A DNA stretch of 32,932 nucleotides from Candidatus Eiseniibacteriota bacterium (GTDB taxonomy: Bacteria > Eisenbacteria > RBG-16-71-46 > SZUA-252): positions 1-32,932 of the forward strand of contig JANMQV010000057.1 in assembly GCA_031370645.1 (NCBI GenBank), given 5' to 3'. Shown here piece after piece: positions 1 to 8,714 of the stretch (positions are counted from its first letter, which is position 1; each line of letters opens with the position of its first letter). Made by a program: the position numbers and the translations under genes. The notes below the pieces were generated by a model, which ran no database searches, was not told the DNA's origin, and worked only from the letters and a program-made list of their open reading frames with translations.

Positions 1-91
1 GGGTGGAAGGCCGGCCCCGGCCGGCGTCTATTTCATCCGCTTCGGCCGGGGGCCGGATGCTGCGACCATGAGAGTGGCCTTGCTGCGGTAA
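1..91 (+). CDS. 3' end of a protein with an FlgD-Ig/T9SS-like C-terminal domain (partial, enters from left edge)
   Basis: Frame from nt 2 reads GGRPAPAGVYFIRFGRGPDAATMRVALLR-stop (TAA 89-91), matching the G-x-Y-F...R/K-V-x-L-L-R ending of CTD-bearing secreted proteins. Not in the ORF track. Confidence 0.7.
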   Translation, partial: GGRPAPAGVYFIRFGRGPDAATMRVALLR

Positions 92-107
92 AGCGCTTTG
101 AGTCTTG

Positions 108-160
108 CTGCACCATCAGTTTCGCCGCGACCATGTCCATGTCTCAAGCGAAGCGGAGGT
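108..160 (-). repeat. Degenerate copy of the 3' end of the cupredoxin gene (634-686)
   Basis: 108-160 vs 634-686: 44/53 identical, ungapped, by manual alignment. Reads LRFA*DMDMVAAKLMVQ vs LRFACGMDMVGGKLVVQ. Confidence 0.85.
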
Positions 161-562
161 GAGACCGCTTCCCTTCGTGCTCGACGACCGCTTCCGTATC
201 ACCCCGCCCGATCTCCGCTCGATCCGCATCTCGGCCCGTTCGTAGTCGGCATCCGGAACGACCGAAATGGTCAGCGACGCCGAGACCGGAAACTCGTCGG
301 TCCTGCGAAATGCCAAACGCGCCGACCAGCCGTTTGGGTCCATCTCGACTTCTCCTGCGTGGGGAAACGCGCGGGCCAGCTCCTGGAGTCGCTTGTATAC
401 GAGCTCCCGGACCCACGCGACCGCGGTTTGTTCGAAGTGCGCGCGCCGAGAATCGAGCTCCGTCATTTGCGCAGTCCGAACCGATCGCTCCTCCGTCCGC
501 CTTTGGGACGCTGCCCGGAGCGCCTCGGCGAGCCGGGACTGGAGTTCCGCGATATTACTCAT
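116..562 (-). pseudogene. Probably truncated/rearranged YHS-domain-associated protein
   Basis: Strong RBS (AAAGGAG) before ATG at 562. The first ~115 aa resemble, from memory, the N-terminal region of ~200-aa YHS-domain proteins of metal-resistance loci. After ERAEMRIE the frame becomes low-information, while another frame reads AEIGRGDTEAVVEHEGKR (YHS-like fragment) and then the cupredoxin remnant. Confidence 0.5.
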
Positions 563-630
563 GGGCCTCTTCTCCTTTGGTCCCCCTCCGGGCGGCTCCC
601 TCAGCGTGCGGTACGGTGGGCGTGCGCCTG

Positions 631-987
631 CTACTGCACCACCAACTTCCCCCCAACCATGTCCATGCCGCAGGCGAAGCGGAGGTCTCCCGCTTTCTCT
701 GGAGTCACCGTCACCTCGACGGCCTGATTGAGCGGAAGGTCCTTCTGGACGCCGAGGTCGGCGAAGACGATCTGCTTCACGCAGGTGAGATCCGTCTTTC
801 GAGTCACGACCAGCGTGATCGCCTGCCCCGCCTTGGCCGGGATCTCACTCGGAACGAAACCTTCCTGCGTTACCTCGACCGATACGCGTTGGTTCACGGC
901 ACCTCCTTTTCCGCAACCCGCGGCGAACGCCGCCAGCATGAGAAGACCAGCGATTGCAGCGATCACGACTCCATTTCGACGAACCAT
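631..987 (-). CDS. Cupredoxin-domain (CupA-like) lipoprotein, 118 aa
   Basis: Start moved to ATG 987 (RBS AAGGAGAG). Signal peptide ends in lipobox AAGC. Contains GFVPSEI, an internal TC and C-terminal FACGMDM (C-x-M-x-M copper motif). Confidence 0.85.
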   Translation of the reverse strand: MVRRNGVVIAAIAGLLMLAAFAAGCGKGGAVNQRVSVEVTQEGFVPSEIPAKAGQAITLVVTRKTDLTCVKQIVFADLGVQKDLPLNQAVEVTVTPEKAGDLRFACGMDMVGGKLVVQ

Positions 988-1081
988 TGGGACTCTCCTT
1001 TCGGGGCGGGCCGCCCGCGCCTCGATCGACCGTGCGCCCGCTCGATGTGTACGGCGCATGCAGCCCTTTTCGACGGCCGCC

Positions 1082-1555
1082 TTACGGCGCCGACGGATTC
1101 TCGATCCGTTCGAGTTTCATCCCGCACTTGGGGCACGTCCCGGCGGAGGAGGACGTGACCTCCGGGTGCATCGGACACTGGAAGACCACGGCCGCGGGAC
1201 GGGAGCCCGAGGGTGGCGAGCCCGCACGGTCGTCGACGGTTGCGTCGAGTCGAGACTGCCTCAAGAGTTCCGCGCCCAAGGTGCGGCCACGGGCCGATTC
1301 GAAACTGAAGCCGAGAAACTCTTGGAGGAGGGCGTCGTTCTCCGCGATCATCTCGAAAAGCCGCATCCGGGCGGCCCGATCTGACAATACCTTTTTGATC
1401 GCCTTGTCGTGTTTCGTGGTCCGCCCATTCATTTCGTTCATGTTGTGAGCTTGCCCCGCCCCGTGCATGTTGCCCATGTTGCATTGGGCCGACGCCGTAC
1501 CGGGAGCGGTGACGACGGCGGCCAAACCGATGGCGCAGATCCAGTTGCGAATCAT
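1082..1555 (-). CDS. Secreted heavy-metal-binding domain (HMBD) protein
   Basis: RBS AAGGAGG, signal peptide, Met/His-rich mature N-terminus (QCNMGNMHGAGQAHNMNEM) and C-terminal FQCPMHPEVTSSSAGTCPKCGMKL. Confidence 0.85.
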   Translation of the reverse strand: MIRNWICAIGLAAVVTAPGTASAQCNMGNMHGAGQAHNMNEMNGRTTKHDKAIKKVLSDRAARMRLFEMIAENDALLQEFLGFSFESARGRTLGAELLRQSRLDATVDDRAGSPPSGSRPAAVVFQCPMHPEVTSSSAGTCPKCGMKLERIENPSAP

Positions 1556-1766
1556 CCTTGGGTCCTCCTTGGGTGCCCAGCGCGGCCGGATGGACCGCTG
1601 GGATCATCCTCCTGTTTGGCAGGAGGGGCGTTGTGCGTCGAGACCGAGCCGGCCACTCCGGCAACGACTCTCATCACCCCTTCCGGCTTCATGCTTTCCG
1701 CTGCACGGCTGCTAAGTTTTTCCGCTTCTCGGTTCCCATGTTCGTTTCCTCGTGAAAGTCGTTGAA

Positions 1767-4700
1767 TCAGTCGCCGCCGTTCGTCGCCACCGGAGAGACC
1801 GCCGCCGACCACTCGGCCGTCGCGGGTCCTTCGCGAACCTCCTTGCGTCGCCATAGGTAGTAGATCGCCGGGTACACCAGGAGCTCGAGGAGAAACGAAG
1901 TCACCAGGCCCCCGACCATCGGGGCGGCGATGCGCTTCATGAGGTCGGAACCCGTCTCGGTGGACCACATGATGGGAAGGAGGCCCATGAAGGCTGCCGC
2001 CACCGTCATGGCCTTGGGCCTGACGCGCTTCACGGCGCCGTGAATGATGGCCTCGACCAGGTCGCCAGACGTGTTGAGGTGGCCGCGCGCCTTGGCCTCC
2101 GCATGCGACAGGTCGAGAAAGAGCAGCATGAAGACGCCCGTCTCCGCGTCCAGGCCGGCGAGGGCGATCATGCCGACCCAGACCGCGATCGAAATGTTGT
2201 AGCCCAGAAGGAACAGCAGCCAGATGGCGCCCACCATCGAGAACGGCACGGCGAGCATGACGATGCTCGATTTGAAGGCCGACTTGGTATTCATGAAGAG
2301 CAGGCCGAAAATGAGCAGCAGCGTCAGGGGCACGATGACCTTCAACCGCTCCTTCACGCGCAACATGTTTTCGTACTGCCCGCTCCAGCTGACCGCGTAG
2401 CCGGTGGGAAGCTGCACCTTCTCGGCAACGGCCGTCTTGGCCCGCTCGACGTAACGACCGACGTCCGTCTTGGACACGTCGAAGTCGACGTAGACATAGC
2501 CGGTGAGTAGGCCATTCTCGTCGCGGATCATCGAGGGACCCTCGACCAGGCGCACGTCGGCGATTTCGGACATGGGGATTTGCCCCTTCCCGTCGGGCAA
2601 CGGCAGCAGTACCCGGCGGAGAGCTTCGATGTCTTCGCGGTAGTCCCGGGCGTATCGCACATTGACACCGTAGCGCTCCCGCCCCTCCACCGTGGTGGTC
2701 TGGTTGTCGCCGCCGACGGCGGTCATGACCATCATGTTCGCGTCGTCCACGCTGAGCCCGTAGCGGGCGAGGTGGTCACGATCGAGCACGAAGTCGAGGA
2801 AGTAGCCGCCCGCGACGCGCTCGGCGTACACGCTGCGCGTCCCGGGCACTTTCTGCAGCGCCGACTCGATTTCCATTCCCGTCTTTTGGATGACTTGTAG
2901 GTCGGCGCCGCTCACCTTGATGCCCACGGGCGTCCGGATGCCGGTGGAGAGCATGTCCAGCCGCGCCTTGATGGGCATCGTCCACGCGTTGCTGATGCCC
3001 GGGAGCTGGAGCGCGGCGTTCATCTCGTCGACGAGCTGCTCTTCCGTGATGTGATCGCTCCAGAACGGCCGCAGCGGCTTCTTGAGCCAATCGGGCGCCC
3101 AGCTCGAGTACCACCTTGGCTTCTCGCGCCACTGGGACTCGGGCTTGAGCAGGATCGTGGTCTCCATCATGGAGAAAGGCGCCGGATCCGTCGGCGTGTC
3201 CGCGCGCCCCGCCTTGCCGAAAACGGCCTGCACCTCGGGGAACGTGCGAATGATCTTGTCCTGGATTTGCAGTGCCTTCTGGGCCTCGGCCACGGACATG
3301 CCCGGCTGCACCGCTGAGGGCATGTACAGAAGCGAGCCCTCTTTCATCGGCGGCATGAACTCGGAGCCGAGCGACAGGTAGATGGGCACGGTCGAGAGGA
3401 CCAGCAAGAGACTGGCAACGATCGTGGCCTTGGCGTGACGGACGACGAATCGACAGGGCTTCTCGTAGATTCGGTGGAGGAGCCGGCTGATGGGGTGCTG
3501 CTCTTCGGAGTAGTAGCGCCCCACCAGGATCTGGGTCGCGAGCCACGCGAGCCACTTCGGCTTGAACGTGAACGGCTCGCTTCGGGCGAAGAGCATCCGC
3601 ATGGCGGGGTTGAACGTGATCGCAAGGACCGCCGCGATCGCCATCGTGAGGTTCTTCGAATAGGCCAGCGGCTTGAACAGCCGGCCCTCCTGATCCACCA
3701 GCGTGAAGACCGGCATGAACGCCACGGCGATCACCAGCAGCGAGAAGAAGACCGACGGGCCCACCTCGAGCAGCGCGTCGAGCCGGACCTTATGGAAGTC
3801 CTCCTTCTTCCCTCCCGCCTGCCAGCGGTGGATCTTGTTGTAGGCGTTCTCGACTTCGATGATCGCCCCGTCCACCAGAACACCGATCGAGATCGCGATG
3901 CCAGCCATGGACAGAAGATTGACGTTCAGGCCCATCATGTACATCGGTATGAACGCCAGGGCGACACTTATGGGAATTGTGAGGATGGGAACGGTCGCCG
4001 AAGGAATGTGCCAGAGAAAGAGCAGGATGATCAGGGAGACAATGATGATTTCCTCGATGATCTTGCCCTTGACGGTGTGAACCGCGCGCTCGATGAGTTC
4101 GGAGCGGTCGTAGGTCGTGACCACCTTGACGCCCGGCGGGAGCGAGGGCTTGAGCTCGACGAGCTTCGCCTTCACTCTTCGAATGACATTCAGAGCGTTC
4201 TCGCCCTGCCGCATGACCACGATGCCGCCGACAACGTCGCCCTGCCCGTTATAGTCGGCGATGCCGCGCCGCATCTCGGGCCCGAGCGCCACCGTGGCGA
4301 CGTCCTTGACCCGGATGGGCGTGCCGTTCGCAGTTTTGAGCACGAGCTTCTCGAGGTCCTGCAAGGACTTCACGTATCCGCGGCCGCGCACCATGTATTC
4401 GCGTCCCGAGAGCTCGATGAGACGCCCGCCCACGTCATTGTTCCCGTGGCGGACCGCCTCGACGACGGTTTCAAGGGGAAGACCGTACGCGGCCAGGCTC
4501 GCGGGATTCACGGTGATCTGGTACTGGCGGACCTGTCCACCCACCGTGGCCACCTCGGAAACCCCGGCGACGCTCTGAACTGCATAGCGCAGGAACCAGT
4601 CTTGGTAGCTGCGAAGCTCGTCGGTGGAGTGGCGGCCCGAGCTGTCGACGAGGGCGTACTGGAAGACCCAGCCGAGGCTGGTGGCGTCGGGGCCGAGTTC

Positions 4701-5078
4701 GGTCTTCACGCCGGCAGGCAGGCGCGACGAGATTTTGGAGAGATATTCGAGAACGCGCGTGCGTGCCCAGTAGATGTCCGTCCCGTCCTGGAACACGACG
4801 TAGACATAACTGTATCCAAAGTCCGAGAATCCTCGGATGGCCTTGACCTTGGGGGCACCCAGAAGCGATGTGATGATCGGATAGGTGACCTGGTCCTCGA
4901 GGATATCGGGGCTGCGGTCCCAGCGTGAGTAGATGATCACCTGGGTGTCGGAGAGGTCCGGCAACGCATCGAGTGGGATGTGGTTCAGCGTCCACAGAGA
5001 GATCGCCAGCGCCACCAGCGTCGCGACGATGACCAGGTAGCGGTTCTCGGCAGAGAATCGGATGATCCTCTGGATCAT
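1767..5078 (-). CDS. cusA: CusA/SilA-type heavy-metal efflux RND permease
   Basis: 1103 aa. Contains LDALPDLSDTQVII, GPDATSLGWVFQY, GAVKRVRPKAMT and MKRIAAPMVGG. Met residues in LYMP, FSMMET and RLDML match the Cu(I)/Ag(I) Met triad of CusA. Confidence 0.95.
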   Translation of the reverse strand: MIQRIIRFSAENRYLVIVATLVALAISLWTLNHIPLDALPDLSDTQVIIYSRWDRSPDILEDQVTYPIITSLLGAPKVKAIRGFSDFGYSYVYVVFQDGTDIYWARTRVLEYLSKISSRLPAGVKTELGPDATSLGWVFQYALVDSSGRHSTDELRSYQDWFLRYAVQSVAGVSEVATVGGQVRQYQITVNPASLAAYGLPLETVVEAVRHGNNDVGGRLIELSGREYMVRGRGYVKSLQDLEKLVLKTANGTPIRVKDVATVALGPEMRRGIADYNGQGDVVGGIVVMRQGENALNVIRRVKAKLVELKPSLPPGVKVVTTYDRSELIERAVHTVKGKIIEEIIIVSLIILLFLWHIPSATVPILTIPISVALAFIPMYMMGLNVNLLSMAGIAISIGVLVDGAIIEVENAYNKIHRWQAGGKKEDFHKVRLDALLEVGPSVFFSLLVIAVAFMPVFTLVDQEGRLFKPLAYSKNLTMAIAAVLAITFNPAMRMLFARSEPFTFKPKWLAWLATQILVGRYYSEEQHPISRLLHRIYEKPCRFVVRHAKATIVASLLLVLSTVPIYLSLGSEFMPPMKEGSLLYMPSAVQPGMSVAEAQKALQIQDKIIRTFPEVQAVFGKAGRADTPTDPAPFSMMETTILLKPESQWREKPRWYSSWAPDWLKKPLRPFWSDHITEEQLVDEMNAALQLPGISNAWTMPIKARLDMLSTGIRTPVGIKVSGADLQVIQKTGMEIESALQKVPGTRSVYAERVAGGYFLDFVLDRDHLARYGLSVDDANMMVMTAVGGDNQTTTVEGRERYGVNVRYARDYREDIEALRRVLLPLPDGKGQIPMSEIADVRLVEGPSMIRDENGLLTGYVYVDFDVSKTDVGRYVERAKTAVAEKVQLPTGYAVSWSGQYENMLRVKERLKVIVPLTLLLIFGLLFMNTKSAFKSSIVMLAVPFSMVGAIWLLFLLGYNISIAVWVGMIALAGLDAETGVFMLLFLDLSHAEAKARGHLNTSGDLVEAIIHGAVKRVRPKAMTVAAAFMGLLPIMWSTETGSDLMKRIAAPMVGGLVTSFLLELLVYPAIYYLWRRKEVREGPATAEWSAAVSPVATNGGD

Positions 5079-6547
5079 GGCTTCTTCTCCGTCATGGCCG
5101 CGAGGGACGCGCGCAGCCGCGACTCGGAGTCGACCAGGAAGTTGGCTCGAGTCACAACGTGCTGGCCAGCCTCCAGCCCGCTCTTCACCTCCACCTCGCC
5201 TCCGTTCCGCGCGCCGAGCTGGACTTCGCGGGGCGCGAACTTGCCGTCCCCTAGAGCGAGAAAAACGATATCCTTCGTGCCGGTGCGAATAACGGCATCC
5301 GCCGGGATGTGCAAGCCCTTTCGATCGCGGCCCTCGAGCACGACGTCGCCATACATCTCCGGTTTCAGCTCTAGTCCGGGATTCGGGAAATGCATGTGAA
5401 CCTTCGCCGTTCGCGTCGCCGGGTCGAGTAGCGGGGCGATGAACGTGACATTTCCGCGGAAGGTGCGCCCCGGGTAGCTCTTGAGGGTGAGGGACGCGGG
5501 CATACCGACGCGTACCTCCGCCAGATCGCCCTCGTAGGCGTCCGCCATGACCCAGACCTCGCTGAGATCGGTGATCTCGTAGGGCGTGTCCCCTACGTTG
5601 ACGCTCGAGCCTTGCATGACGTTCTTGGCCGTGACCACCCCGCTGATCGGCGAGAGAAACGTGAGCGCTCGCGATGGCGTGCGCGTCTGTTCGAGCCGCT
5701 GGATCTCCCCACTAGGGACATCCCACAATTCGAGCTTGCGCCGCGATCCTTCGACGAGCGTCGCGCCGGAGTTGTCGGTCGAGCCTGCCTTGTCGAGGGC
5801 CTCCCGTGTCTGCAGGGCGAGAACGTATTCGTTCTCTGCGGCGAGCAGCGAAGGGCTATAGAGCGAGAAGAGCGGCTGGCCCCGGCGCACGGGCCGTCCC
5901 ACGAAGTCCACGAACAGCCGCTCGATGTAGCCATCCACCTTGATGTTCGTCTTGCGGACCCGAGTCGGGTCGACTTCGACTCGCCCGACCGTTCGCCAGC
6001 TGCCCGAAACCACCCCACGCGTCACGGGCGCGATCTGCAATCCGATCAGCTGCTGGCGCGCCGGGTCGATCGTCACAGTCGCAAGGCCGTCGACAGACGG
6101 CCCCCCTCCCTGCGCTTCGTCCTGGTAGACCGGGATGTAGTCCATGCCCATCTCGTCCTTTCGGAACGTGGGCGACGTCTGGTTGGGATTCATAGGCGAA
6201 CGATAGAAGAGGACCCTCCGCGTTCCCGTCCCGGCAGCCGCTGCGGCCTTCGCCGCCCCCTTCACCTCGATCAGCTTCATTCCGCAGATGGGACAGTCGC
6301 CCGGATGGTCCGACGTGATCGTGGGATGCATTGGGCACTGGTAGAGCGGCTCGTCCGCTGAGACCGTCGCACCGCCGTGTGCCGCCGCGGACCGATGCAT
6401 CGCCAACCGAGTTGCGCCCACGCCAAGCCCCACGCCGACGACGAGCAGCAGCACCGCCGCGGCCACGAATCGTGCTCTCCGAGGCGATTGCACCGGCCTC
6501 GAGGTTTCGCCCGCATTGGGCTCGAGGTCTTGGGTTTCGGTCTTCAC
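5075..6547 (-). CDS. cusB: CusB-type RND periplasmic adaptor with N-terminal HMBD motifs, 490 aa
   Basis: Start moved to GTG 6547 (RBS GGAGGA). One TM/signal segment, YQCPMHP...CPICGMKL, YRSPMNP...KDEMGMDYIPVY, LKPEMY and FLVDSESRL. 4-nt ATGA overlap with cusA. Confidence 0.92.
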   Translation of the reverse strand: MKTETQDLEPNAGETSRPVQSPRRARFVAAAVLLLVVGVGLGVGATRLAMHRSAAAHGGATVSADEPLYQCPMHPTITSDHPGDCPICGMKLIEVKGAAKAAAAAGTGTRRVLFYRSPMNPNQTSPTFRKDEMGMDYIPVYQDEAQGGGPSVDGLATVTIDPARQQLIGLQIAPVTRGVVSGSWRTVGRVEVDPTRVRKTNIKVDGYIERLFVDFVGRPVRRGQPLFSLYSPSLLAAENEYVLALQTREALDKAGSTDNSGATLVEGSRRKLELWDVPSGEIQRLEQTRTPSRALTFLSPISGVVTAKNVMQGSSVNVGDTPYEITDLSEVWVMADAYEGDLAEVRVGMPASLTLKSYPGRTFRGNVTFIAPLLDPATRTAKVHMHFPNPGLELKPEMYGDVVLEGRDRKGLHIPADAVIRTGTKDIVFLALGDGKFAPREVQLGARNGGEVEVKSGLEAGQHVVTRANFLVDSESRLRASLAAMTEKKP

Positions 6548-6560
6548 AATTTCCTCCGTC

Positions 6561-8045
6561 CTACATCCGCGGCATTGCCGACGATTTGGATCCCGCCGCT
6601 GGCGGGGTGGACGCGCTACCGGCAGGTGCGGACGTCGCGCCCATGCCGCTGCTGCCAGGCATGGTCGCGCCTCCAAGGCCACCGAGCACGGGGCCCGCGA
6701 CTGGGTCGAGGCTGAATTCGCGTTGGGCGATGTCGATTCGCTGGATCGCGGCGACCGATTCGTAGAAGCCGACGAGGTCGGCCTGAAAGCCGCTCAGGGC
6801 TTCGAGTACCGAGGCGAAGGGCACGCGGCCGACCCTGTACTGGGCCATGGCACTCGAAACGGTCGCCTCCGACTGGATGAGCACTCCCGAGCGATACAGG
6901 CGGTTCGTCTGGAGCAGGGCCGTGAGCACCGCGCGCCGTTCCTCCAGCCGCTGGCGAACGAGCCGCCGAATGGTCTCGGCGCTGCTCTCGGCCGCCTGCC
7001 CACGCAGGCGGTACTCGCTGACGGCCTGGGACTGTTTGCTCCCCGCCCAAAGCGGGATGGGTACCGAGACTCCCGCCTGCCACATCGGCTCGAACGCGCC
7101 GCCGCGCGGCATCACGCCCCCCGACACAGTCAGGTCAGGGAAATATTCCTTCCTCGCGAGCGACTCGAGAGCGCCCGACTGGTCAGCCACGAGCCGCGCC
7201 CTTTGCAGTTCTGGACTGCGGGCCTCGACATCAGCCTCCGCGCTCGACGAATCGGGCAACGGAGGATCCGCGACATCCCGAAGGGATACCGATGTCGGGA
7301 TCGGGCGCTCGAACGGACGCCCCACCGAACGATTCAGCACCGCCAGGCGCCGCCTCTCCTCCGCCACGAGCCCCCAGCGCTGTTGCTGAAGACGGCTCCG
7401 CTCCAGCTGGGCACGCAGAATGTCTGTTTGCGCACCGTCGCCGGTCTCGTAGCGCGATCGCGAAAGACCTTCGGCCTGGACCCAATAAATTTCTAGCGTT
7501 CCCAGGATCCTGATCTGGTCGCGAACGAGCAGGAGGTCCAAGTATCCGCGCTCGACCTCGGCCCGAACCGATAGGCGGGCCCGCTCGAGATCGGCTTCGG
7601 ACTGCTTCGCTCCCAGGGACTGCACTTTCGCCCGGAGCCCGCGCTTGCCGTGCCAAGGAAACGTCTGGGCGGCCACGATCGACCAGTAGCTCGTCTCCAT
7701 CTGCCCGATTTGGAGGCTCCTGAAGCCGTCATTCTGGATGCCTAGCGAAAGGACGGGGTCGGGCAGTGCACGCGCCTGCGGCACGCGAGCCAGGTCCGCT
7801 TTCACCGTCGCCTGCGCCTGAACAAGTTCGGGTCGGTTCTCGAGGGCTTCGCGCACCAAGCCTACAAGCACGGAGTCCCGTCCGAGTTCCGCACCGCCCG
7901 GCGTCGCACTCGCGGTCTGAACGAGCGCGGAGCCGACGGCGAAGGCGAGATAAATGGCGATCCTGAACAGGCACCGAAAGGCCGGCGTTCGCCCCATGCC
8001 TTCGAGGCCACGGGCGTTCAAGACGTCGAATGAGCGGAAATTCAT
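6561..8045 (-). CDS. TolC-family outer-membrane efflux protein (CusC role)
   Basis: RBS GGAGGAG. Two OEP-like repeats (ALENRPEL...LPDPVLSLG...QTFPWHGKR and EARSPEL...YFPDLTV...VPIPLW). Directly upstream of cusB-cusA. Confidence 0.9.
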   Translation of the reverse strand: MNFRSFDVLNARGLEGMGRTPAFRCLFRIAIYLAFAVGSALVQTASATPGGAELGRDSVLVGLVREALENRPELVQAQATVKADLARVPQARALPDPVLSLGIQNDGFRSLQIGQMETSYWSIVAAQTFPWHGKRGLRAKVQSLGAKQSEADLERARLSVRAEVERGYLDLLLVRDQIRILGTLEIYWVQAEGLSRSRYETGDGAQTDILRAQLERSRLQQQRWGLVAEERRRLAVLNRSVGRPFERPIPTSVSLRDVADPPLPDSSSAEADVEARSPELQRARLVADQSGALESLARKEYFPDLTVSGGVMPRGGAFEPMWQAGVSVPIPLWAGSKQSQAVSEYRLRGQAAESSAETIRRLVRQRLEERRAVLTALLQTNRLYRSGVLIQSEATVSSAMAQYRVGRVPFASVLEALSGFQADLVGFYESVAAIQRIDIAQREFSLDPVAGPVLGGLGGATMPGSSGMGATSAPAGSASTPPAAGSKSSAMPRM

Positions 8046-8052
8046 GAGAACT

Positions 8053-8173
8053 TCTCCTCCATCGTTCCTGGGAGAATCGACCGGCGTGTCGCGGTCAGCG
8101 CCGTGGCGCCGAGGCGGACGAATGCCGTGCGGCCGCGCGGAGCCGATGGCCAGCGCGTCCTGGATGGCGGAGA
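8053..8173 (-). promoter_or_regulatory. Inverted repeat able to sequester the tolC Shine-Dalgarno sequence
   Basis: 8053-8063 (mRNA GAUGGAGGAGA, containing the tolC SD) is complementary at 10/11 positions to 8163-8173 (mRNA UCUCCGCCAUC), which lies just after the leader-gene stop codon. Confidence 0.55.
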
Positions 8174-8176
8174 GAT

Positions 8177-8572
8177 TTAGAGAAGGAGGTGCGTCGTCCG
8201 AGTCGAAGGGGCGTGCGGTGGCGAAGCGCGGCAGGCTTCACTGTCGCGAGCGGGCGGGGCGGCCGGAATCGACACCCCGTCGATCGCAGAATTCGCGTCG
8301 GAGACATCAGGCGATTGAAGCGGCTTCGGCGACACGCCGATGGAACTGGCTTGAGCGGAAACGTTATCTGTCGTCGGGAGGAAGCGGCAGCAACCTGCCT
8401 CGAGCGTGGGGATCGAGGACGCGGCAGACGCAGCGGGAGCGCAGTGGGGGCAGGGCGTGGCGGAGGCTGTGATCGTTCGCGGCATGGAGCAAGCATCCCC
8501 CTTCGCGGCGAGGAACGCCGTCCAGGGAACTCCGACCAGTGCGATGAGTAGGATGGCCACGAACCGCTTCAC
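8177..8572 (-). CDS. Cys-rich exported leader protein (DUF2946/CutF/CruR-like), 131 aa
   Basis: GTG 8572 with GGGGAG RBS. Hydrophobic N-terminal signal, CPHC and CC motifs, Pro-rich C-terminus CRASPPHAPSTRTTHLLL. First gene of the efflux operon. Confidence 0.7.
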   Translation of the reverse strand: MKRFVAILLIALVGVPWTAFLAAKGDACSMPRTITASATPCPHCAPAASAASSIPTLEAGCCRFLPTTDNVSAQASSIGVSPKPLQSPDVSDANSAIDGVSIPAAPPARDSEACRASPPHAPSTRTTHLLL

Positions 8573-8714
8573 AATCGAATCTCCCCTGGGCCGCTTGATG
8601 TCAGGATACGTCTCGACACCATTACCGATATACCCCGTGCGAAGCATTCTGCGCCACGTGCGACTCGCACATCAACTCTTCTGAATCGGCACCATGGTAT
8701 CCGTTCTCCACCGC

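Noticed and set aside
144-146. TGA at a Cys-equivalent position as selenocysteine
   Set aside because: The frame has no credible start or intact cupredoxin N-terminus and no clear SECIS-like hairpin follows; pseudogene decay is simpler.
1552-1968. 138-aa ORF between cusA and the HMBD gene
   Set aside because: Overlaps the cusA 3' end out of frame and has no recognisable motif; treated as intergenic.
8630-8647. CsoR/RcnR-type operator (ATACCCC...) upstream of the copper operon
   Set aside because: Only one half-site fits; the right arm (GAAGCAT) is too degenerate to support a call.
92-8714. Copper cluster as a defined mobile element
   Set aside because: No integrase, transposase, tRNA target or terminal repeats could be found by eye; horizontal origin is possible but unsupported.
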